Source of the DNA: Octopus sinensis
Taxonomy: Eukaryota
Assembly: GCF_006345805.1 (NCBI RefSeq)
Contig: NW_021833526.1
Coordinates: forward strand, 1 to 28,443
DNA length: 28,443 nucleotides
Direction: 5' to 3'
Below are positions 9,825 to 21,530 of this stretch, in pieces. The notes under the pieces are model-generated. The model worked only from the letters and a program-made list of their open reading frames with translations, ran no database searches and was not told where the DNA came from. How positions within the stretch are numbered: position 1 is the stretch's first letter; every line of letters starts with the position of its first letter. The translations under genes were made by a program, and so were the position numbers.

Positions 9825-10087
9825 CTTTTGTTATATTTCTGCTGATTTCAAATAAAGTATATATATAAACAATAAAAGCAATAATTCTTGGACGGAATTA
9901 ATAAGCTTTTAATGCGTCACTACGCGCGTTTCCACATATCACATGACTCTTAAGATCATAATCCGTATTCCTGAGATGATTACAGTGTAGTCCACTGTAA
10001 TCATCCGTGGGTATTTGGTTGATCATAATCATTAATTCATTTCTCCAGGCGTCATAACATTAATGGATATACAACATATGTATGTGC

Positions 10088-10136
<49 letters not shown>

Positions 10137-10149
10137 GAGCTTCCTCAAT

Positions 10150-10290
10150 TCCCGTCAAACAAATTCACTCGTGGGGCATTGGCTGATCCGGGCTATAGTA
10201 GAAGACGCTTGCTCAACGACCCGCACACTGAAACTGAACGGCGAAACACTGTGGTTACAAGGCGAGCTTTTTTACCACTCGGTCCCGCCT
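10150..10290 (-). mobile_element. Diverged SINE (family with an RTE-like tail)
   Basis: AAATTCACTCGTGGGGCATTGG...GCTATAGTAGAAGACGCTTGC aligns by eye with the better-preserved copy at 22706-22850. Confidence 0.6.
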
Positions 10291-10846
10291 CCACCCATAT
10301 TTGATATTTCCTTTTAATTATGCATCGTGTAATACAATATCAATATGTGATCTTTCTCAGCGAAATCCGGGTTTTCGATCTTTTAAATCATGTTATTTGC
10401 CTTCCCCCATCCTCTTTAACACAACCACTGAAAGCAGCTTGTTAGACACCATAAGGAGAAAGATTTCGCTCTCTTGTTTGAAGAATCATTAAAACCAATT
10501 TTTTGGGCAGATTCAAATGACCCCTTTTCTGGTATGTTCTCACTAGATTAGATCGTATTACATGGGTTAAGTAGTGCTGTTTTCAGAGCTTCCGCTCGCA
10601 GATTTAACAAGCTCGCTGGGATTTCTTCTGTTCATACAGCTTTATTATTTTTAATGATTCCAAAGCTTTCTGAACTTTCCCTAATAAAATCTTATCGACA
10701 TCGCTGTCAAAATCACTTAACTAACTAGTTTACAGAGATTCCTCTATTTCTGCTTCTGTTCACATTTAAAACTGAAAAATGCCTTTTATATGATAAATGT
10801 ACACTAAAGTGTAGAATATCGCCAATGTTGTTGTTTTGTTGTTGTT

Positions 10847-10968
10847 TGTTCCTTCTCGAGCCACGCCTGCCTCATTAGGGCCGGTTTCCCGGTTTCCTTG
10901 GCGTTTAGGTTCCCCGCCTGGACGGGACGCCGGTCCGTCGTAGGTGAGCTGCAAGATGCAGGAGGGAA
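10847..10968 (-). mobile_element. SINE 3' segment with a (CAA)n tail
   Basis: GC-rich CCTTCTCGAGCCACGCCTG...GGACGGGACGCCGGTCCGTCG...GAGCTGCAAGATGCAGGAGG, recalled as an octopus SINE body; adjacent GTT repeats at 10826-10850. Confidence 0.55.
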
Positions 10969-11481
10969 GTACGTAATTTTCTCCGCAATCTCATATACAC
11001 TGTGTGTATGATGCTGTTTAACTCCAGGTCAATACAAAGCAAGTAACCAAAGCATCTTATCTCCCACCATCACTCATTTTTCTTTTCGAGATAATAGGCT
11101 GAGCTGCAGCAGCAGTGACAACAACAACAAAGTTCTTTTAGTCAAATCCACTCCAATCTGTATTGTCTGATGTTGTTCTAAATTTCAATCCTTTGATTTT
11201 ATTGGAGTTATTTCTCTTGATGTAGTCCATTTAATTTTTTTTTTATTTCATTTTAAACCCTTTTATCCAAGAAGGAGATTTTTGTTGTAAATTGCTTGGA
11301 TATCCTCTTTTGATCACAGCAATTACATGCATGAAACCCTATCGCAAACTTAGTCAAAGACCGCCATGTTTACTATTTATTTCTTATTATTTCATATTCA
11401 TTTATTTATGTATATCATAATTGTTTGAAATTTTGCCACCAGGCCAACAGCTTTAAGGGAGAAATTAAGTTAATGATGTTC

Positions 11482-11537
11482 AACTGGTACTTATTTATCG
11501 ACGAAAGGAAAAGTCGACCACGACGGAATTTGAACCC
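11482..11537 (-). mobile_element. SINE fragment (B box plus Meta-type domain)
   Basis: Reverse complement GGGTTCAAATTCCGTCGTGGTCGACTTTTCCTTTCGTCGATAAATAAGTACCAGTT. Confidence 0.65.
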
Positions 11538-11870
11538 AATTTATAAATATCATAATAACAGTAGAGTTGGTTTCTTCAATAAATCGATCTCAGTATATTA
11601 CTGATACACAGGTTAGCAACCCTTATAGGGACAAAACCACCATGGAAGCCTCTCTGCCCAATCACTCAATTTGATTTGTAATAAATAGCAGTCGAATGTT
11701 TTTAAAATGACATGCCATCCTCTTGATACATGGAATAATGTAGTCTTAGAGGCATTTCGTCTGGAAATAGATGGAATAGTCTTGGCGAGAACGCTTTTCA
11801 TCCCTGATTGGGCTCTGATGGAACAATAACATCTCTTCCCCTATCTCACATTCACCTTATTTTTTATTTA

Positions 11871-11900
11871 CTACCACTACTACTACTACTACTACTACTA

Positions 11901-11941
<41 letters not shown>

Positions 11942-11977
11942 TACTGCTGCTGCTACTACTACTACTACTACTACTAC

Positions 11978-12010
<33 letters not shown>

Positions 12011-12020
12011 CAGTAGTAGT
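11871..12020. repeat. (CTA)n followed directly by (TAG)n
   Basis: Strand switch at CTAG 11977-11980; source of the poly-Thr/Ser ORF. Confidence 0.95.
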
Positions 12021-12669
12021 GATATCTTTTCTTCGTTTCTTTCTTTCTTCTTCTAAACCCCCGTTCACTCTCTTCACTACAATTCTCCTGCAATTCTGTG
12101 ATTATCTCTTCAAACCATTACATTAATAATCTTACAATGTTTGTTTTATTATATACGTCAGCCACCTAAACGAGGCCGTGAAGAATATCATCTTTATTCG
12201 TTCTTCCTGTTAATCAGTGGAGGATATTGGCAACTTCCGGCTGCAATCAAGTTTAATACGTAAAACACTAATGATGTCCGCCATTAGAAATATATTTGTT
12301 TTGCGATTTTTTGTTGATCTGAAAACAATACGTATGTGTATAGGTTTGTGTGTACGTATGCACGTGCATTCATGTGATTGTGCCTGTGTGTAGGCAGACA
12401 TTCAGTGCCATATTGTGGTTACCTTTGTCATGGTGTGAAATATGTTATCGCGGCGATATATAAGTACACTGGCATAAATATTATTCAGAAATAAACATAC
12501 ATACGTTAGGTTATTTCTGAACATAAATCACTTCGACTTAATTTTTATTTCTGAATGTCCATTATCAGCTTTGAAAATAAACAACGAATACATGGCGTTA
12601 TGGATAGGCGGAATCGTTTAAGCGTCGGTTATAATGTCTTGTAATATTTGTCCTTACACGCAGCAGTCT

Positions 12670-12728
12670 GTGCTCAAAATCCTGCCAAGATCAGGTTTGC
12701 CTTTTATTCTTTCGGGGTCGATAAAAAA
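12670..12728 (+). mobile_element. Diverged SINE fragment (Meta-type domain)
   Basis: TTTGCCTTTTATTCTTTCGGGGTCGATAAAA. Confidence 0.5.
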
Positions 12729-13790
12729 AGAGTTAGCAACCCAGGAAGATGGGTTGGTGAAATAGTAAGAACGTCATGCAATAACTCTTTCGGTTCTTTA
12801 CATTCTGAGTTTAAATCACGCCGTGGCTTGCTTAAGAGCTAAACTTAATCCGTCGCCCGATTTAAGACAACTATCTAATACCTTAAGCGTCGGTTGCATG
12901 CGTTAGATATCCTCCTCTCGCACTCCTATCAGTTTGACAGACCCTGTAAATGGATCATAGATACTACCTTTCCTCCTGACAAAAAAATAATAATCATGTA
13001 GAGCAGGGATATTATAAAGTCAGTGTAAGTTAATACAAATGGAAGCTTCAGAAGTTGTGATTCTGTCGTCGTCATAATGCCCAATTTGAATGAATATCTA
13101 TATTATAATTTCAAAAGAGAAAACGCGGATATAGGAGGAATTGGGCAAATTGATCTGTCTGCAACCGAGTGGACTCACCAAAGGTTCTGGAATTAAACCG
13201 GGTGCTGTTTTAAGGAGAATCGAAATGTCGCAGCGATTTATTACTATGGTGTTGGTATTGAAGTCTGTTTTACGGAGCGGACACATTGTGAAATTTATGA
13301 GAGTTTCGTTTAACACATTTGACATTACACTGTAATTCAGCTGAATTACTCGAGGTTAATGAGTTCTCAAAAATGTTTAACTTTGTAGAAAAGTGGAGAT
13401 CAATTTTATAAATTACTGATACACTTTGCTAGGAAATTTTTTTAAACCCACAGTTTTAGAATTTAAAATTTTAAAAGGCATATATAAAAAATATTGCTTA
13501 GCTTGTTTCATTCATCATATTTACGCATAATAAAAGAAATTATTGATACGATTTTTAAGATGCTTATAAATTAATATGGATTTTCAAAAGCCTTAAACTT
13601 GATATTTTTTCTTTGTTTTAATCCCCAACGCACCTAGATACCCTTGTGGGGTGCTATTCTAGCTATAAATAGTAATATAACATAGTCTTCAGCACTTGAA
13701 GTAGTGTGTAGGCTTAAATATAATAATCGAGAAATCAGGATATATAAATCAGGTGTTTCCGTTACCATAACAACTGATGTCATCGTTTAC

Positions 13791-13883
13791 CTGAACATCA
13801 GGTATAGGATCATAGAGTATCATTTCTTCATTTACATTTCGTGCTGCTCTGCACATCCGCCATTCGTGCGTTGTTTGAACATT
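13791..13883 (-). CDS. Candidate internal coding exon (93 nt, phase 0-0) of an unidentified gene
   Basis: Acceptor TCACTTCTCACAG| and donor CAG|GTAAAC. Only one frame is open across the exon: NVQTTHEWRMCRAARNVNEEMILYDPIPDVQ. No homology recognised. Confidence 0.3.
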
Positions 13884-16800
13884 CTGTGAGAAGTGATTAC
13901 TGGTTCCTCGCTTAAGTCTTCACCAGTTATGGATCTTTGAATTACAAGTACAGTTAATCTACACCGTTTTGCCACGCAGTGAGATCAAACTCAGGATATC
14001 ATGATTGTTGAGGGAAATGTTTAATCACTCGTCTACAGTTGCGTTTACGTATGTGCACACAAACGCACATATACACACACATACACACGCACCCGCGCAT
14101 ATATACGCACGTACACACACTCGTGTACGTATACATCAAAATACACATTTAGAGTTTAAGTAATATCTGTACCTATTCATGCAAGTATATGTGTGTGTAC
14201 GTATGCTTACATACATACACATATGTATGCATACACACACACACACACTCACACACTCACACACACACTCACACTCACACACACATACATATATATATAT
14301 AGAGAGAGAGACAGACAGACAGACAACATCTTGTGTACGCCTGGCATATGGTTGTATGGTGAGTACCTATATGGGGTGGGGGAATATCTTGTAGATAAAA
14401 CATTAACCACATGTCAGAGATTCTGGTGATGATAGCGATGTTTCTGGTAATGCTGCTGTCGGTACTGATTCTAGTGATACGATATTGATCCGAGATGTTG
14501 CTGTAATAATCTTGATTACTTATTATTCGAGAATGTATCAGACAGAGCTTGCTGTTTTTTGCCTTTGCAACTACATTTTTTTTCTGTAATTGCGTTAGAG
14601 ATGTTGCTGTGATGAAGATAATTGCATAAAAGAATGCAGTTATGGTGAAAATGGGTGGGCGATGCTCGCCAAAATCACATTGAGATCTGGCGTTTAAATT
14701 CTGTGTAACTGAAGAAGTTTCAATTTGAGCTAACTCGAAAAAAGTAGTAGAACATCACGAATTTCCCTAAATATAAATTGATGTTCCCTAATTATGTTTT
14801 AATATCGTTCTCGGTCCTTAGCTGTTCATGCAATTTTAAGATTATGTATACGCAATACTGTTTATTTTCCCACGATATAGTATCCTGCTGGATCCACTGC
14901 TGACTGTAAAAGACTAAATGGCTTGATTTATAGTTTTTAGCGTCCGTTCGAAGCACCGCTTTTCTGGGGTTCTGGTCCTACTAGTTTCGGTTTCGAAAAG
15001 CAGTTGAGATTGAACGGGTGTGGACATAAGGACGATTGAACACCATGAGATTAATTAAGTGAATACCAGTAATAAAATCAGGTTGATATAACCATATATT
15101 AAAGAAAATCAATATTTAATTTCTGAAATAATTTGCAGATATATTTTAACGACATATACATTTGTAAATTATGCACACAACATGAGGCTTGTAGCTGACC
15201 AGCTAGAGCTCGATTGGTCAATGTCGAGCTGGTCAATGGTCAACTATTCGTACTCTGTCACTAAAGCAGGGCATAATTCTTTAAAAGCTAATCATTTTGG
15301 AATCCGAAGGAATCATAGAACTGATGCTCAACCTCTGTTGATATGGTGTAAAGATGGTTAGAAATAAATCTTCCTTGGACAGAATGTTGATCTTTTGTAT
15401 GTAGCTATTCTTGTAACAAGAATTTAATTCAGCATTGTGAGTCAATGAATGACTCATTGACTTGACCATAAGTAGGTCTTATTGTATTGAAACAAAGACA
15501 CTTCGCTCTCAGAAGCTTAAAATGGAGATTTTTGTTTACGAACTAAGGTCACTAATAAGTGCTGTGATTGACCAAGGTACATATCACTCAAGCTACAGGA
15601 ACTCCTCTCTCGACTTTGCACATAACTACCCATCTGGTGTTAGCTTTTTGAGGATCTGTCTTACACGTTAGACCTGAAGGTTGGGGTTAGTCCCTTTTAG
15701 GCTTCCAGATAGAATGTTATTCATAACAGAGCGAGCAAGAACAAACACCACAAGGCATCCGGTTCAACAATTTTACGCTCCACTTTGGATAGCTGCCTTT
15801 ATAAGGGAAAAAAACTCTCCGATAAATTGATGTTTCTATCGCAGGAGGAAAATGTTTTTCAAACATGTTTTTGTACTCGGAGTAATTTCTAAAAATCTTA
15901 ATCCTTCTTGAATATGTAAGATGCTTGGTATTAGCTGATAGCTAATACGAAGCATTTTACATATTCGCAAACTATTTTTCAACAAAAAAGCAGAAGATGA
16001 AAATTTTGTTAAATGTAGTTTTTCCCGGTTTCCCAAACGCATACCTCTGAAATACTTAAAGCCAATACTTCAATACTTCAACACGCCTTCACTAAATCTT
16101 AGGAAACAATTTGTGAACTGACTAAACTGTGATTCATGAGTGATCCTAATGACTATGATTCATAGAGATAAATGATGGTTATGTGAAAATTCATGTTTTC
16201 CTTTGGTTGAAATTAATAAACATTTTATGGACTGATTGAAAGATAAAACAGTTTTAAATGTTTTCAAAATCAATATTTGAAGTGTGATCCGTTCGCGGAG
16301 GTTGATCGTTAGAGACATACCTTATTAAGCAGCTCGATCAACATCCGTGATGAAGTAAAATTTATGGAATATGGCGGTCGATTTTGTTATTTCTTCCCGT
16401 TGGCAATCGATATAATCTTTTTGAAGATGCGGAATCATGATTATAGAGCTGTTAAAGAGTCGGCATCTCGGGTGTAGCTTTTGTGAATTATATACTGTTA
16501 TTGGCACTACATTCTAACCTAAAGGGTATTAAACGAGACTGAGAGAACATTATCATTGGTGTTCTGTTGCGCTCTGGTGTTTAATAAACAGAAGATAATG
16601 GTGACTCTGTAAGGGAATAATTTAGTGACTTACAGTGCCTCTGGAACTAATTATTTTCAGAAGGTGAATTAATATTTGCTTTTAGTTCAAAGTGGTCAAT
16701 ATCTTAAACTGTAATTAAATATTGGTTGAAAGTGCCTAATGTACATTTAACAGGATTAAATAAAACATGTCCACAGTTATCACAGTACTACCGAACTGAG

Positions 16801-16944
16801 CAGATTAAATTCAGGAGTTGTCTTCCTTACTCTTTTTAACTAGAATTAGTAATTTAGAAGTGATTTCTTTCTCTTTATTAAGCATATAATTCTAATATAG
16901 ATACTACATTCAGCATCACTAGGTTTAATATGTTATCATTGGGA

Positions 16945-17510
16945 AAGGCGACGAGCTGGCAGAAGCGTAAGTACGCCGGGCGAAATGCTTAGCGGTATTT
17001 TGTCTGCCGTTACGTTCTGAGTTCAAATTCCGCCGAGGTCGACTTTGCCTTTCATCCTTTCGAGGTCGATAAATTAAGTTCCAGTTAGGCACTGGGGTCG
17101 ATATAATCGACTTAATCCGCGTCTCTGTCCTTGTTTGTCCCCTTTGTGTTTAGCCCCTTGTGGGTAGTAAAGAAATGGGTATTTTGTCTGCCTTTACGTT
17201 CTGAGTTCAAACTCCGCCGAGGTCAACTTTGCCTTTCAACCTTTCAGGGTCGATAAATTAAGTACCAGTTGCATACTGGGGTCGATCTAATCGACTGCCC
17301 CCTTCCCTTAAAATTTCAGGCCTTGTGCCAAATGTATAAAAGAATCGTTAGCACGCCAGGCAAAATGCATACCAGCATTTCGTCTGTCTTTTCGTTCTGG
17401 GTTCAAATTCCTCCAGGTTCGAATTCACTATTAATCGTTTCGGGGTGTTAAAATAAGTACCAGTTGAGCACTGAGGTCGATTTAATTGACTTTGTGCCCA
17501 AATTTGAAAC
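16945..17510 (+). mobile_element. Head-to-tail array of three tRNA-derived SINE units (Meta-type domain)
   Basis: Units at about 16945-17176, 17177-17345 and 17346-17510, each with a G(A/G)GTTCAAA(T/C)TCC B box and a GTCGA...AAGTACCAGTT-like domain. Confidence 0.85.
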
Positions 17511-19094
17511 TAATATGTTGTTGTTGCGAATATTGTTATTTATTATTCTCTCTCAGAGTAAAGCAGCTATGACTGGTTGACACGTATCCCTATCAATCGC
17601 TTCCTCGACCCCTTGTTAATTAATCTCTTCATGAAAACCATCCTCTAGCACTTATTAGGGTGTTGCCCTTCATAACAAAGATTATCTTATAACTATTATT
17701 CATTATTTATGTCCATTAGAATAATGAGAATAAGGATGGTGTTGAATTGATAGGATATCGGACAGCTAGCGAAGAGGTTACCGATTCATTCGCTATCGCT
17801 ACCTCTTCGTCTCAACCGATCGCCCTACCGTCACCTACCTAAGTAGCCAGCGACTGTGCTGTTGTTAAATTGACCAGTAATATATTGATTTGAAGTGTCA
17901 AGTTCAATCCTTTCCAGCTGTAAAAGTGATCTGTCACTAATCTTCCTAATAACTGGAGTCTCTGAGATAATCCCCACATATTCCCGCCCCAATGATCTTT
18001 GTGATCCAGAAAGAAATAGGAATAATGTACAGTACTAATTATTCAGATCATTGCCACCCAAAATTCGTTAAACTCGCGTAGTTTTTACATTGAAGTGGAG
18101 AGAATTTTGTCAGGCAATTTCGATCTTGATGAATTACTAGTTTAATATCAATTTGAGAAAACGAAAGAGTTCCTATGTCTGTGGTTCTCAACCTTTTGTA
18201 GGTAAACATCTCTTTTACACCGAATGGTCTTTCACAGTTGTCACCGGATTACTTTTATCATACAGATGCTAACGGTTGTATTTACCGAATGCAAATACAA
18301 TCGTATAACACATCGTGCATGTTTGCAGGAAGTCTGGTTCGTCTTTGAGCCTATGCAAGAATGATGTGAGTGCTTATATGCATCTACATGAGTGTGTACG
18401 CATATCTGTGCCTGTACGTGTTATGAATATATATGAGCATTCATGCGCCGATGCGTAAGATGCGCAGTATATTCGCATTTACTAAGACGTGGTATCACAT
18501 AATGTGACACTAGCTTGGAGACACACAAGCACATATTACAAAGACTGCCATACATATATATGTAAACACATCCATGCATATACAAGAACATATATTGTTT
18601 CACTAAGTGCAATCTTATGAAAGAGACACACTTTTCATAAAGGCACCGTTTACACACCCATGCTAAAACTCACAAACACTCATACGAAATCAATTAGATA
18701 CACTAAGACACATATACACACAAACACGCGCGCGCGCACACACACACCAACGTACACAAGAAAAAAATCATCATACACAAATTCAATACTATATACATCT
18801 ATAAAGTCAGAATTCCTTTTTATCCTTCAAAATATCTTTTTTTTTGTTCTTTCCTCTGGTTTTTAATGGGAGACGACAGAGAGATGAAGCTGAGGCCATG
18901 GCCCTTGCATCACACACTCTCAACCCGAAGGCGGCGAAACAGACGCCGCATGGCAGTCTTTCTCCCTCATAAGTAATAAATCTGTCGGTATTCCTCTGAT
19001 TCTCTCTCATTCTTGCTTATTACATTTTTCGTCACACATAAACATATAAAACCCAGATATATATGTATTGGAGTATATTGGGGTACCTATGTAT

Positions 19095-19300
<206 letters not shown>

Positions 19301-19358
19301 GATTGTTTGATTGATTCTAGCTTCAGCTTATGAGCTGTGGCCATGCTGGGGCACCGCC

Positions 19359-19420
<62 letters not shown>

Positions 19421-19724
19421 TATATATATCATATACATATATATGAGGTGTTTATATACATATGACTATACATATGCACAAACGTATATAAATATAAAAT
19501 ACGATATACATGCGTATATGTGTGTGTATGTGCGTATGCGCGCTTGTGCGTGTGTGTAAATATACATACACACAGATGCAAATATTGTTTCTTTGATGTT
19601 ATCTTTGGCACTATTGCAAGTTCTCATACTTTCCCCTTTCTCTGTGTGCATGTGTGTGTGCGTGTATGTGTTTGTGTGTGCGTATGAATGTATGTATATA
19701 CGCGTGGGCGCGCACACACATACA

Positions 19725-19735
19725 TATATATATAT

Positions 19736-19826
<91 letters not shown>
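19725..19826. repeat. (TA)n(GATA)n microsatellite
   Basis: Read directly from the sequence. Confidence 0.95.
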
Positions 19827-20348
19827 TGCTTCTGTCTTAATTTTATTCTGTACGCAGAATGCCAAACACAACACGCATGCACCTACAACTCATACAGTAA
19901 AGACAAACATTCATAACATCTACACATAATGGGTAACAGCAACGACGCGATAGAAGTCGTTAGGAAATATTTGTGTGATCACAAAAATGTCGATTTCCTT
20001 TAGATATTAGTCAGTTTGTTGGCCTGTCTATATTTTCCAACAGAACTTCCAACATATCTAGTTTCTCTAAAGATGGTAGTTGTTCATGATTACGTCATCG
20101 ATAAAGAAAGAGATGCGGTGAGAGAGTGAGAAAGAGGGGGGGGGGGAGAAATGGTCTTTGCAAGTGAATGATGGTGACGTCATGTAGATAAAATACAGGT
20201 GACGTTGAGAGGAGAAGCTTGATATCAGATAGATATAAGAGTGCAAAGAAAAACACGATTAGATCATGTGTGTGTATACACACATATATATATACTCATA
20301 TATAGGTGTCTGCATATACATACACATACACACATGCGGTGTGTATTT

Positions 20349-20524
20349 ATAGATGGTCTCTACAGAGACGACGGTCCACTCCTCCTAAGAAGCTATTGCT
20401 CACAAAAAACCCCGATAAATTTAAGAAAGAACTACATCACATCTTTAAGAACTTAAGCTTCTTCACTATGGCAGGAACGCATCTAAAATCATCGACGACC
20501 TCAACGCTACCCTCGACTTAGCAT
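20349..20524 (+). pseudogene. Penelope-like element reverse transcriptase relic (catalytic YRDD region)
   Basis: IDGLYRDDGPLLLRSYCSQKT / PDKFKKELHHIFKNLSFFTMAGTHLK / IIDDLNATLDL across two frameshifts. This resembles the PLE RT pattern GLYRDDGL...KK.L..IFK..GL.IT...NLK.V.FLDVT.DL. Confidence 0.75.
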
Positions 20525-20655
20525 CTATTATTTATTAATCCTACAAGTAAGGCAACAGCAAAATCGAATATATACACAGGCAATCCAACCATCCCAAGAC
20601 CATTTACATACACACGTATATATATATCTATATATATATATAATATATATATATA

Positions 20656-20719
<64 letters not shown>

Positions 20720-20727
20720 ATATATAT

Positions 20728-20766
<39 letters not shown>

Positions 20767-21018
20767 TACATACATACATACCTACATACATGTGCGTATG
20801 TGTGTGTGCAATGTGTAGTATGCATATTTATGCAGACATGTAAAATAAGTTATTATGCAGTGAAATTATTATTACATGATGAAGGCTAAGAAACAGCCGT
20901 AATTCTATGGATATTAAGTGGTTGTGAGTGTGAGAAAGATAGAAAGACCGTTTGACTAAATCTCCAGAAGTGAAATCCGAAGTCACAGTCGACCCCTATA
21001 TGTCTACATTTGACTCTA

Positions 21019-21491
21019 CAGTTATCAATCACCATATCGCGGTTCACCTATCGCGCCCTCAGTATATCGCGGATTTTTCTGTCTAATATATGTAAATTTA
21101 TATCGCGGGTTTCTGCAGCCGATAAGTATTTATATTTTTTTAGATTTTATTTCTGTGTTAAAATAAGCATTTTCGCGAATAAAAATTAATAAATTAATAA
21201 ATAAAAATACAGTACACTTCCGCACTGTTTAACACATTAATTAAAATATATTAAAAGAAAATACGTAGGGTGCCGTAGATGAGTAAACAAAGAATCCCGC
21301 ATACTGTATGAAAAACGAAACTCGGGAGGCGAGTGTGTGGTGTTGTTTTGCATTTATAATAAAATAAATATATACAAATTATAAAAACAACAATAAAGAA
21401 TGTACAGTACATTACTGTTTCTATTTCGCGGATTTTCTCCTATCACGGGAGGTTTTGGAACGTAACTCCCGCGATAGTCAAAGGATTATTG
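21019..21491. mobile_element. pogo/Tigger-like (Tc1/mariner) MITE
   Basis: Degenerate TIRs CAGTTATCAATCACCATATCGCGG and (reverse complement) CAATAATCCTTTGACTATCGCGG, TA on both flanks (21017-18 and 21492-93), internal ATCGCGG subrepeats and an AT-rich middle. Confidence 0.75.
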
Positions 21492-21530
21492 TATTAAGGA
21501 AATGCTCTTGCTATTTCACTCAACAATCTT

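Larger units (their letters stand above)
9629..9862. mobile_element. Inverted pair of Penelope-like pseudo-LTR fragments with hammerhead motifs and central telomeric repeats
   Basis: Arms 9695-9769 and 9789-9862 are imperfect reverse complements; the spacer contains TTTGGG-TTAGGG-TTAGGG (9772-9789). The element starts right after (TA)n at 9595-9628. Confidence 0.7.

Noticed and set aside
14710-14750. CTGAAGA-AGTT...AACT-C-GAAA, hammerhead-like
   Set aside because: No stem I and only one base pair in stem III; likely chance.
16333-16479. Plus-strand open frame SINIRDEVKFMEYGGRFCYFFPLAIDII...
   Set aside because: Weak splice signals and no recognised homology; the length is within chance expectation.
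16945-17035. SINE heads with a B box (GAGTTCAAATTCC) considered as tRNA genes
   Set aside because: No cloverleaf, and they continue directly into SINE body sequence.
18179-18197. CTGTGGTTCTCAACCTTTT, resembling a hAT/Charlie TIR
   Set aside because: No partner TIR or 8-bp TSD found nearby.
18895-18954. GC-rich nested stems (GCCAT/ATGGC enclosing GCGGCG/CGCCGC), considered as an HDV-like or other ribozyme
   Set aside because: It lacks the P3/L3/P1.1 pseudoknot pattern and hammerhead cores; the stems are short enough to be chance.
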